DNA of 63,112 nucleotides, counting the filler, from Moniliella sp. 'wahieum' (taxonomy: Eukaryota): NCBI GenBank assembly GCA_003971905.1. It is 4 parts of 4 records of this genome, joined end to end, with 100 filler letters (N's around TTAATTAATTAA, not from the genome) between each part and the next. Parts side by side here need not be neighbours in the genome. Positions count along the whole stretch, not along the records: positions 1 to 17,069 come from RSEE01000209.1; 3 more parts are not named here. The stretch is one strand, 5' to 3'. Below are positions 1 through 11,249 of this stretch, one piece after another (the stretch's first letter is position 1; each line of letters opens with the position of its first letter). The notes beneath the pieces were generated by a model. The model worked only from the letters and a program-made list of their open reading frames with translations. It did not search any database and had not been told where the DNA came from. The position numbers were made by a program, and so were the translations under genes.

Positions 1-21
1 CCCTAACCCTAACCCTAACCC
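1..21. repeat. Telomeric repeat (CCCTAA)n, chromosome end of contig 1
   Basis: CCCTAACCCTAACCCTAACCC at the very start of the sequence; complement of the TTAGGG telomere repeat. Confidence 0.93.
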
Positions 22-127
22 AGCTCCCCGATCGATGATCGAAGAAGCGCCCATGAATGGACAAGTGCCTGAGAGCACTGAATTGTTGCATTGGTGAATT
101 GTTGACAAGGAGACACAGTCATGGTGA

Positions 128-161
128 TAGTGGCCTAGTGGCCTAGTGGCCTAGTGGCCTA
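128..161. repeat. Short tandem repeat (TAGTGGCC)x4 in the subtelomere
   Basis: tagtggcc repeated four times, followed by ta. Confidence 0.85.
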
Positions 162-774
162 ATGACGCGGGGATGTTGACCAGTCCACAGCCCACTCCTG
201 CGGCAATCCTTAGTCCAGGCCAGTCGAATCGCTCCGACGCGATATGGATGATGGAATGAGTACGTGAGTAACTGAGTACCGCCGCAATGATCGGCGCGGG
301 CGAGGGTAGCTTGGCGCCGCACCGCCCCTCTTGCTCCCCACAGCCGCCTACTGCCGCCCGCCGGGACGAGAACGCGCGTACGTACCGAGTACGCAGCACA
401 GCCAACGCCCACCTCACCGCCCAATCTTCCCCGTCTCCAGCGGCGAATGGGAGATAGCTGCTAGGGGGGAATATTGAATGGCGAATGGCGCGTGGCGCCG
501 GAGACGCGCCAGGCGCCAGGCCGCGGGTAGGAGCGACTCATCGGTAGCCCCCTGCAGGCGGCAGTTCCATTGGTGGATCGCGTTGGCAACACAACACAGC
601 TGTCGGCACTGTTGTCGCCGACGGGACGGAAGCAACCGGGGCAATTCGTAGCTATCACAACTAGGAGTAGCACCTGGCAAACTAGCAGCAACAAACACAA
701 ACGGCAAACCATCACATCCCCTGTGTGTTTTGTTTCTTCCATCTCCAAAACCCATCCACGCCCCCCTGCCGCCC

Positions 775-2770
775 ATGCCTCCGCCCTGCCCGGCCGGGTC
801 GCCCGCCTGCGCCTCGTCTCGCCCGGCACGGCGCACACTCCTACGCGCACTAGCCGCCGCCAGCGTCGCCGTTCCTCTCCTCGCACCTGCCGCGGCGGCA
901 GACACGGTGAGTGTACCGATTGCGCCCAGCGCCGATGTCGCTCACGCCGGCACCATCTCGCCCACTGAGCTATCGCCGTCCTTTGCTGGTGTCAGTATCG
1001 AGCCAAGCAACCTATTTGCATTTTGTGGTTCGGCGGTGCCCAACGACCTGACCAGTCAGTTGATGGCCAACCTGCGTAACTTGACGGGCCAGCCTGCCCA
1101 TGTGCGTATCGGTGGGTCCTCCGGGGACAATATGGTGTACGACAGCTCGGTGACCGATCCTGTCGTCGAGGATAATCCAGGCAAGTCGAACGTGACGAAC
1201 CAATGGCGGTTTGGGCGTGGGTATCTACGTGTGCTTGACTTTTTGCCGCCTGGTACGCCAGTCACACTCGGTCTCAACCTGGCCTACGTGGGGGCGGATG
1301 CAGTGGACCGAAACGTGCAGGAAGTCAACGACCTCCTCACTTTGTCCCATAACATCTCCCTCGTCTCGCTCGAGATTGGCAACGAGCCTGACCGGTACGT
1401 GAGCCAAGGGTACCGTCCCGGAGGCTGGAGTGAGGATCCAGGCTACGGTCCTGAATGGCTCGCGGCGCCCAAGCCATCTCGACACATGCGCTGAAACCAC
1501 ACAACGTTTCCCGTACAGCCTTGAAGCTGGCACAACTGCCAACCCGTTCTCGGGCGCCGGAACGGCGTTCCAAATTCATTGGTTGGCATACGACGAACGT
1601 GGAATCGCATCCAACTCATTTGATTATGTCGCGGGCTTGTCCGAACATGTACATTTACACATGTAAGTCCTCCCCCTCCCCTTCCTCTGCCCCTTCCTCT
1701 TCTCCCTCCCTCTGTCCCTTCCTCTTCTCCCTCCCTCTGCCCCTTCCTCTTCTCCCTCCCTGCGCCCTCTCTGCGCACGTTGGTGTGCCTGGTTAGTCTG
1801 GACAGTGAAACTGACTCGTTGTGGCGGCTGCACAGTTGGCGCGACCAACGCCGAGCTAACGCAAGACTGGTTGCTCAACCTCAACAATACGTACCAACAA
1901 TTCACCGGGTGGGCCGGGGAAGTGCAAGCGGCTGTGCAGCGGCACAAGCCGTACTACCTACGGGAAGTAGCGTCGGTAGGACCAGATGGATCTTGGGGGG
2001 TATCCGACTCGTTTGCAAATACGTTGTGGACATTGAACTTTTTATTGTATACCGCGTCGCTCGGCGTGGCGGGGGTCAACTTGCACATGACCCAAACGGG
2101 TGCTGCAGCGCCGTGGCAACCGATCCGGTCGACGGACACGGTGGACCTCATGTCCGAAGTCCATTTTACGCTTTGGCGGCGATGGACCAGATTGTCGGTG
2201 GAAGCTGTGCTGTGCGCGTGGCACAGGTGCCCGTACCAGCTAATGCAAGCGAACGATACGCTGCTTACAGCCTCTATTCCCACGCCCAACTCACTGGCTT
2301 GGCACTGCTCAACACTCTCCCATCCAATTCCTCCTCCACGTCGCGTGGCCAAGCGCAATTTACATTTGCCCTGCCCCAACTGGCCAACCAAGCTTCTACC
2401 TCTCCTACCTCTCTGCCCCGGGCACCGACGCACTGAGCAACACCACCTGGAACGGGATCGCATACGAAGAGAGTACAGGTCTGCCTGGTCCCGCTCCGGA
2501 CCTGCCCACTTCCTGGCCTACCACGGTCCACGCCGACGCTCAGGGAAGCGTGACGGTGCCGTGCCAGATGGCACAGCGGTCGTACTCAACCTAGGATCCA
2601 GGTTGGGCAGTCAGCCCGTCCAAGTCTCTCCCGAAGCGTGTGCGCACATCAGTCCCCGCTTGCTCCCCTTGAGCAGTGGTAGTAGTACGGGCAAGATGGA
2701 GAGGGTGCATGAAGCATGGGCGCGTGCGGGGATCGCTGTGGTCTTGGCTGGGGCACTGCTCATGCGCTGA
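775..2770 (+). CDS. Secreted glycoside hydrolase family 79 (beta-glucuronidase-like), probably GPI-anchored; spliced and frameshifted in this assembly
   Basis: ATG 775 with hydrophobic signal (LLRALAAASVAVPLLAPAAAA); GH79 motifs FAGVSIE, VRIGGSSGD, EIGNEPD, YYLRE, GVSDSFANTLWTLNFLLY; C-terminal domain YAAYSLY..LALLN; hydrophobic tail AGIAVVLAGALLMR; GTAAGT intron from 1663 with pyrimidine tract to about 1796-1805. Confidence 0.85.
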
Positions 2771-3202
2771 TGCGACATGTGAGGCGCGCAGCGCACCCGA
2801 TCTACCTATACCCTATCCCATCCTATTATTGCACACGCCAGTCGGTTGGACTGGCCGCTGGAACGGCCCAGCGTCCCAATGCAATCTTTGCATCCTGCTC
2901 TCTTCGTTCTGTGTCTAAGGAGACCATTGCCACGCGAGATGCGCGCGGGACGTTGTGGAGGAAGCTTGGGTAGAGGAAGAAAGAAGTACCCCACATCCAC
3001 CTTTCGCATTATATTTGTCGGGGACCACTGAGTATACGGAACGTTGACCTTCACCACTGAGACTCAGTCCTGAGATTGAGGGGGCAATTTGGACTGCCCC
3101 GCAAGTCGTACTGGATTCCCCTATGCTTTCTTATGGGGCGTGAGGCCCGAGAACATCGAACATCGAACATCGATCAATATTCAATGGCTGTCCATTAGTA
3201 GT

Positions 3203-3365
3203 TGTTAAAAATGCGAGGACAAAGGCCTACGGAAAGAAGAAGACAGAGGGAGGTGATGGATCTATTCCAAGAGAGGAGCCCGTTAGGGGCAGAACATAGA
3301 GGAGAGTCGGATAGAACAGCGCGATGCGTGATGCGTGATCAGCTGCATGCATGATGGCGCTGACA
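3203..3365 (-). repeat. 3' LTR of the Copia element (163 bp)
   Basis: Matches 7875-8037 base for base on inspection; TGTTA...TGACA termini; preceded on the minus strand by the purine-rich GTGGTGGGGC (polypurine-tract-like). Confidence 0.95.
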
Positions 3366-6300
3366 GCCCCACCACGACTCGACGCTAGGATCCGACGAGA
3401 TTGGAAGAGTGACAAATCAAGAGCCAGCTGGCTAGGAGGAATCTGAGCCGAAAATGGGCTTGATGCGGGAAGTCTCCTCAGCCCCACCAGGATCCGGCGT
3501 GAGCGTGAGGTAGCGACCTACACTGGAGCGTTGAACCGTATACGGTAGGAGCTTGGTAAAATCATTCGCGGGGTTCTCGGTTCCAAGAACCTTGTGCCAC
3601 AAAATGCGCCCGAATCGACATGCTCGCGGAACCAATGGTTGCGAATGTCCATATGACGAAGGCGTCCAATGAAACCAGGGCGAGAGATAATTGACAGGGC
3701 AACAGCCGAGTCGCTATAGAGATCCACCGGACAGTTGGAAGGTACTAGTTGAAGCTCGACCATGAGGTTACGAATGCGGAGAGCGTCGCGGGCGCCCTCA
3801 CTAATAGCCATCATCTCAGCTTCAGCGGTCGACATTGCCGTAGTGGTTGCTGGGCGCTGCGCCAGTGCACTAGGGCGCCAAAAACAAACACAGCGACCCC
3901 TGTACCGACTTGCGTGTGACCTTGTCGCCGCCCCAATCGCTATCGGTAAATACGGCAATAGGAGGTGCCGTTCGATTGATCCTGAGACGCAGAGACCAAT
4001 CCAATGTACCACGGAGGTAGCGCAGGACATGTTGTGCGGCGCTGCGGTGTGCAGCAGAGGGATCCTTGTTCCAACGACTGAGAAGATGTACGACAAATGA
4101 CAGGTCGGGCCGGCAGGTCTGCGCGGCCCAGCTGAGGCTCTGCACAATCGACATATAGCGCTTATGCTCGGCGACAGTGGCAGGAGCTTCGTCTGGTGGA
4201 CGTGGCGGGAGAGGTGTATCAGGATTGATAGGCAAACGAACAGGGTTGCACTCGAGCATGTCGGTGCGGGCGAGTAAAGCTAACAGAAATGCACGCTGGT
4301 CGCAGTCAAAACCATCAGCGCGAGTAACATAGTGCACACCCAGCATCTTACTGAGAGGACCCTTGTCGCCAATCTTGATGTTGAGACCGAGTTCGTCCAT
4401 GAATGCGTCAAAAGCAGCTTGGGACGGGGCCATGGCCATTCCGTCATCACAGTATATTGCGAGCATGATGGTCGTATTCGCTCGTTTGCGTATCCATACG
4501 TCCTGTTCTGTTACCGTCGAGCGGAAACCAATATCTCGTAGCTTGCTGGCGAGGTGGCGGTGCCACGCAGCGCCGGAGGCTGCAAGGCCATAGAGGGACT
4601 TCTGAGTCGCCAAACGTTTGCTTTGTCGGTGAGAAAACGATCGGGAGGCTTAACGTATACCTCATAGGGAATGGGTGCATGGAGATATGCACTCTTGCAG
4701 TCAAAATAATATGCCTGGAGGCCTTGCGCTTTACCTCCCACGGCTACGGTGCGAAAAGACTGATGTGCTGCGCCACTCGAGAATGTGAGGGCCTTGGGCA
4801 ACTCACTTGTATCCTCCTGGTTTCCTTGAACCACAATACGGGCTTTCCGTTTGAGGAACATATTCTCTGGGGTGACGCCAACACTGTAGACGGTGCGGGC
4901 ACCCAAGATCTTCGTTCCGGCCGGAGGGCGTGGCACTTCTTCAAAGGCATCCATGGATCTGAGCCCGTCAAGCTCAATGTGTTCGGCCTGGCGCCACTGG
5001 GGCCACTCAGAGGTGGCCATTGCTTCACGCTCGGTCCGAGGGGCAAGGGGCACACCGTCAGCAGTGGTGCCGACAGTCGGGGGAGGGATGCGGAAACGGC
5101 GTTGCCGGCGGGGAATGGCTTTCTTTTTCGGGCTTGGTGTAAGGGATGCCCCAAAATAGAGAGCGTGGGAGGGGGGGTCGTGATAGCGTTCAAATGGTGA
5201 GGGGGCGCCCAATGCGGCCGACACACTAACGTTGGCATACAAAGCTGCCGCGACAGCGGCGTCGGCCCAGTACTGAGACGGTGCGCGGGCGCCGGCGAGG
5301 AGGACGCGGGTACGCTCCTGTATAGTGCGAGCGGCGCGCTCGGCGTGGCCATTCTGCTGGGAGGTGTAGGGGGTGGTGGTGGTGTGCTGGATCGGTGCAT
5401 GACCGGCAGCAGTGAGGAGGTGCGGGACACGGGAAAACTCAGTACCGCCATCGGTGTGGAGACGGAAAAGACTGGCGCCGTGGCGGGCGAGGAGGCGGCG
5501 CTCCTCGAGGAGAATTAAGTTGGCTAGTGCCATTGCAGCGTCGCTCTTGCGCACCAGCGGAATGGCCCAGAGATAGCCGGTGCAGTCGTCGACTACGACA
5601 AGTAAATTGCGCTCACCCTTCAGCCCCGTCGGCCAATCTGTCACTAGATCGGCATGCAAGTGCGCCAGTGGGGCAGCTGCACGTGCCGTGTGGCTCTCAG
5701 GGAACGGGCGTCGGGTGCCCCGCCCCGCCGCGCACGCCTGACAAACGCAGGCCGCGTCGGCCTCGGCTGCATGGGCCTGGGTGGAAGTGATGCGTTGCGC
5801 AACTGGCCCCGTGGCCGTGAGGCGGGGAAGCTGGCGCCAACCAACATGACCATGGCGGGCATGAGCAGCCAGTATCCGGGTATAGTCGGCCACGGCGGCA
5901 CGGGCGTGGGCTTGAATGGGGACGTTGGGGACGTCGCAGTGGTAATCAACCACATAGCCATTAGCGATACGGTCGTAGCGAGCAACAATTGCGGGATCGC
6001 TATGGATAACAGCGCCTTGGCGGTGTGCAAGGAACTCTACTCGATGACCAGCGGCATTTGCCTGCGGTACAGAGAGTAAGTCATGGTCTAACTGGGGGAC
6101 AAGCAAGCAGTACAAGTCAAGGATGCATTCAGTTTGGACTGTGGAAGCCGGGAGTCGAACCCGCTTCACCCCACAGCCTGTCACCGCAAGCTTCCTGGAC
6201 GCGCCAGCCAACTCAACCCACCCAGTCGCAGGCTCGAGGAAAATGAAACCCTCGGGCGAGCGGACCATGCTCGGCGTCGCGCCGCTGTCAACTACCAGCT

Positions 6301-7874
6301 TGTGGAGCGCAGACGCAGTGGTGGGTGGTGGCAACCCCTGTGACAGGGCTGCCGCGAGTTCCTACTGGCGATCAGGAGGCGGGAAAGAAACGGGGGCTAG
6401 GCCTTGCGCGTTCGCGGTAGGGCTAGTTGGCTGTGGGAATGCCGGAGCTGGTAAAACCAGAGGTGAGGGGTAGTACGTCGGCATATAGCCGGGCGAGTAC
6501 ATCGGTGGCGGAGGGGTTCCTCCTGCTGGGCGTAGCGACTAACTGCTGTGGCCGAATGGGAAGTATTGGAGTTATTCGAGCTGCTCGACATCGGCATGTT
6601 CTTCAACTCCGGATGCAGTGACCAGCATTGGGCCTCTGCGTGTCTGCCATTGGGGTGAAGACGGCAGGTACCATTGCGCTCTGCGCGCCCTCCTTTGCCC
6701 TTGTGCGAGGAAACAGCCTTGGTGACGAGCACTGTGTCCTCGATGTTCAAGAACTGCAGCGCTTGGCTCCGGGTCTTGCCCTGGAGCTGTTGCTCCTTCA
6801 CGCGATTCGGCTCAGGGCAGCTATTGGCAAGAACGCTCCAGGCACGAACGCTGAGCGGGAGTCCAATCATTTCACCCATACCCACGATCCGCTCGATGCG
6901 GGCAAGGAACTTCCGCGCCGTCTCATGCGCCGCAGGCTTAAGTGTGTCCAGGCGGGAACTGACATCACTCTCAAGTTTGACCTGGGTGGGACGATTGCGC
7001 TCGCACATCTTGCGGTACAGGCCTGAGGCCGAACCGCAGGCAACATGACTCTGCGTGGTCGAGTCACATTTGGTCAAAAGGACATGCTCGAGCCGCCTGT
7101 CGATCAGCTCTTCCTCAGGGGAAGAGGGGCCGTTGACGACTAGGTTCAGGAACTGGTATGCCGAGAGCTGGTTGCGCGTATCATAGTCATAATCAAGCCA
7201 GTGCGTCGTTCCGAGTTCCCAGGGGGTAAGCTGTTTCCTTTAGCCAGCGCCCTAATCATCTCCTCCTCCACAGAACGTGTCTGATGAGAAGGGATTTCCA
7301 GAGGTGGGAAAGTGTCAACACTGCTGGGGCTGTGGGCAGATGTTCGAACTGGGGGAAACCAATTGGGAATCAGCGCCGCGGTACCTTGAATGCGGTACTT
7401 GCGGGCAAAGTAAGCAAATTCGTGCATGAATGCGGGGTCGTGAATCGCATCTTGTGCCTGTTCCGTAGACCACTCGGGGTGTAAATCTTGAAGATGCAAC
7501 AGGAACATGAGCTCATGGTGGGTTAGGTTGGTTTTCGGGGAGTGATTTCCTTCGACAGGGGGGGGTGCCATCGTGGGCAATTTGGGCGTCTTCACCGTCC
7601 AGACGCTCGGGGGCGGCGGGGGTGGCGTGGGGAACTGCAGGCTCCTCTTGGGTAGCCTCGACAGGGAGAATGGCGTCGGCAGACATGCTTTCGGCGCGCG
7701 GGTTACGCTTCTTCTTGGAAAGGGGTGGAAAAGCAGTATCGGCTCCGGAACGGAGACCAGGCATTCAGCCGTGTGGGGTGGGGGTAGGTGGGAAAAAAAA
7801 TATAAGTAGGGCTCAGGCGGGCAGACGAGAGAGGTGTAGTCTCCGCCTACTCAGAGGATAGTGTGGGCTCAACC

Positions 7875-8037
7875 TGTTAAAAATGCGAGGACAAAGGCCT
7901 ACGGAAAGAAGAAGACAGAGGGAGGTGATGGATCTATTCCAAGAGAGGAGCCCGTTAGGGGCAGAACATAGAGGAGAGTCGGATAGAACAGCGCGATGCG
8001 TGATGCGTGATCAGCTGCATGCATGATGGCGCTGACA
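7875..8037 (-). repeat. 5' LTR of the Copia element (163 bp)
   Basis: Matches 3203-3365; immediately followed on the minus strand by the primer-binding-site-like GGTTGAGCCC (7874-7865). Confidence 0.95.
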
Positions 8038-8934
8038 GTAGTTGGCACCTGCGCGTCCTATATACCTGTCTCGGCTGGTAGATGGCAACGCAAAGAAGTA
8101 GGGTAGACTCAGCACTCAGGTACTCTGGTACTCCGGCTCGCAGAGGTACCACCAATCATAAATCCTTCCGCGTTACTTTACGTGGGACGCAGTACGACAG
8201 GTACCAGTGTTGTCTCGGCTTCCCGCCGGCCCCAACCCGAGTTCAACGCACGACACTAACGCTCGCCTGTGACATTGACACGTGCATGCATGTGACGCGG
8301 GTAGTAGTATTCCATACTTCGAGGGTAGCTAGTAGCTAGTTAGCTCCTCTGGCTAGATCCTGCCGGCTGAGTAAGGGGGGCTATTATGCGTATGCTTCTT
8401 CGCACCTGCACCTGCATCACCGGCACCATCTGCAGGACCTCATTTCGCTTTTCACATGCACATCTCCAGTCTCTCTGTCACATATCACGGGCTTGCGCTC
8501 AGCCGCTCAGCAGTGAGGCTCACTTTCCTATCCTGGGCCTGACTGTTGTGTTTTATTGTTACCAAACCCATATACTGACGTCTTCCCCCGCGCGTTCCGA
8601 TCCTTGCAATGGACACTCTTGATCGAGGGGGCGCAACTGCATACCCTTCTCACCGCCACAGATCCCCCTGCGGTATATCTCACGTGTTGGACGGCATGCG
8701 TCCCTTAGTAGTCAGCTAGGCAGACCTGGGCCTGGGGCCTGAGGAGCGGCCCCGATCGCAGCCGCGTCGAGGTAGCTAGCACTTCCTGCCCTCTGTCACA
8801 TGTCACCGCTAAGCTAACCCCAACGTGAGGTTGCCGACGCGAAGCGCTACGCTAACCAAGCCAGGGCACGGATTCCCAGATCCCAAATCCCACGCCTCAA
8901 AGATCTACCCGCACCAACTTTTTTCCAAAAAGAT

Positions 8935-9046
8935 AGGTCCCACTGGGATTCGAACCCAGGTTTCAGGAATGTGACGTATGACCAGTGGGCACAGCACTGT
9001 CAAACCTGTCAGAATCCTACTTGCTAACCAACTACAATATGGAACC
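8935..9046 (-). tRNA. tRNA-Gln (anticodon CUG) with a ~39-nt intron after position 37
   Basis: Minus strand: GGTTCCA...TGGGACC-T acceptor stem, TAGGA/TCCTG anticodon stem around TTCTGA, intron CAGG...TCACA, T-arm CTGGGTTCGAATCCCAG, downstream oligo-T Pol III terminator (aaaaa at 8927-8931 on +). Confidence 0.93.
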
Positions 9047-9387
9047 GGTTATGCGCGCCTTGCCAGAATAGGCACTTGACATAACGGTTGGTTCTGTGGA
9101 TGCCAAAGGAACGCCATCCCATCAGAAGCGGCTACGATCTTCCGGAGACGAAACTGGTCTAGCACCTCTGTTCACCGTGTCCCCAAGATGTTTTTATTCT
9201 CATTAGTCATGTCACGCTGCGTCCCCACTCCCCACACGGCAGCAGGGCGGGTAGATGGGCGGGTAGATGCGAACACGGCATGCAAAAGGAAAAGATGATG
9301 AAGTGAAGATAAATAAAAGTCATGCAAAAGGAACTGCTTTTGATGAGGCAGGGGGGCCGGGGGAGTCATCCATCATCGAATCGTCAC

Positions 9388-11249
9388 CTACTTAGCCACC
9401 GTTCCGTTGTTCACCACCGCAGGCGTGTAGTTACCAAAGCAGGCCTACTGGTAGTTGGCCGCTTGAGTGAGATGAGTTTGCTGGTACTGGACAAACTCAC
9501 TGAGCAAGCAAGCGCCGTCAGCGCGGGGGGTGCAACCCTGAGCCTCGTTCATGGGGATGAGCGCGTCGTTGAGCAAAGTGCGTACGATTGTCTCGGAAGT
9601 GGTGGTGTTGGTGGTTTGCTCTGTAATGGTGCAGTCGGCCACTTCGTAAATCAGTCGTGCGGCGTACGGGGTGATGTGGGCCAACTTATCGATCCGCGTG
9701 GCATTGGCTTGCGAACCCTTCAACACCTCGCCCAGGACTTGAGTGTAGTTGAACGCGGTGAGGACGGAGACCAAGACACTGTCATGGGTAAAGTCCATGT
9801 ACAGTTGTTGGTCCATGGGGGGAAAAAGGGGGGGTGAGCAAGGAGGTGTTTGGGTGGTCAAAGGTTCGGGCGAGAGAGAGGGAGGGGAGGTATTGTTCAA
9901 GCGTGCCAGAACGTCTTGGGCCAATCCTACACCTTGCGCCCGACCCGTCTGCGATCCAAACGAAACGTCACCCCAAAATTTCAGGTCTAGCTCGTACTCA
10001 AACCCAGCCCATTCTTCCTGTGTGAACAGTTGGCAGAACGGCGAGGTACCCAGCCCCACCGTCTCGTACGCACACAGCGACTGCATCCCAAGTACCATGT
10101 CAGTCGTCAAGTTCAGTCCCGGCACCAGCGGCTGCAGACGCGCAGTCGCATTGGCCAGGTACATGGCTTTCCACGTCGGATCCAAGAACATGTAACCGGC
10201 ATAGATATTGTGGGAATTGTTGCACGTCTCGTAACCGGCCAGGGTATTGTTAAAGCCCGTACCTTCGAGGATGACCTCAAGGTCAATCAGGTTGGGAGCG
10301 TCCAAGCCAAAAAAGCCAGAGGTAAAGTATCGTGCCGATTCGAGCATCCGGCCTTCCGATGTGGTGCGCACTACAGGCTTGTGCGATGGTTGACAGGGTT
10401 GTACAGTTGACCGTACTGGTAATACGCCTTGACACCCGAATCGAACAGTTCTTTCGCGCCGTTGGGCACCAACGCCTCGGTTCCAAGTTGGTACGTCCAG
10501 TCGTTAAGGAACGCCAGCGGACCCGAAGCGTTTAGCGCCGGACCTGTGCCAGCCGACGCATTGGCCTTGACTTGCGCAAACGGTCATTCCGAACGCCGGT
10601 GCAGCCTCAATGTTGCCCGAGGTGGGGTAACGCGAACCGTGACGGTGCAAGATCTGCACCTTCTTGATGGAGCAGGTGGGCGCGAGTTGCCGCTGGCTCT
10701 GCCATTCGGGGAAGAGGGGCGAAGGGAAGTACGGCGACTATTGAGTTGGATGGCAAGAGAAACCACAAAAACAAACCCACAAAAGCACAATGCCGGGCCC
10801 AAAATTAACCCCCATCGACACATGATCCGTCACTTGTCAGTACTCAGTGGTCGCTTCGTATATTTCGAGCAAGAGTAGAGAAGACGGGAAAGAGACGAGG
10901 AAGAGACGTACGTTGTTGCCCCACGACCGGTCCACGACAAACGTCGGGTCGGTCCCGTTGAGGGGGAGGTAATTGACCTCGACGCGGAGAGGCTATGGTT
11001 CTTGCCGTTGGCAGAGGCGTTGACGGGGTTGTACTGTGCGACGAAGGGGTGCGGGCCCAGGACGTAGGGGCCGCGGAACCCGACGTTGGTGGGGAAGAGG
11101 GGGTCGAGGGTGACAGTGGAGTTGGGCTGGACCAGGCCGGCTTGGCGCGAACGTGGGAGGCGCGCGTGGGGGGGTAGCACGGCGGCCGTGGCTGGCGACA
11201 CGCAGATGGCCGTGGCGGCGGCAGCGGTGGCGAGGGGCGAGGGCGGCAT
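9388..11249 (-). CDS. Secreted histidine acid phosphatase / phytase (HAP branch 2); spliced and frameshifted
   Basis: Signal peptide MPPSPLATAAAATAIC; catalytic LHRHGSRYP at about 10647-10624; RTTSEGRMLESARYF; LCAYET; FCQLFTQEEW; DFTHD proton-donor motif; C-terminal ACFGNYT lies after an in-frame TAG. Confidence 0.9.

Larger units (their letters stand above)
3203..8037 (-). mobile_element. Ty1/Copia LTR retrotransposon, about 4.8 kb, both borders intact
   Basis: TG...CA LTRs at 3203-3365 and 7875-8037; 5-bp target-site duplication GTAGT at 3198-3202 and 8038-8042; minus-strand order gag, protease (VVDSGA), integrase (HARHGH, C..C, LHADL, TDGGTEF, QQNGHAER), RT (KARIVVQG, KSLYGL, IYCDD), RNase H (FTDSDW, STAEAE, YSDS, HMDIRNHWFRE), which is the Copia domain order. 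Confidence 0.97.
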
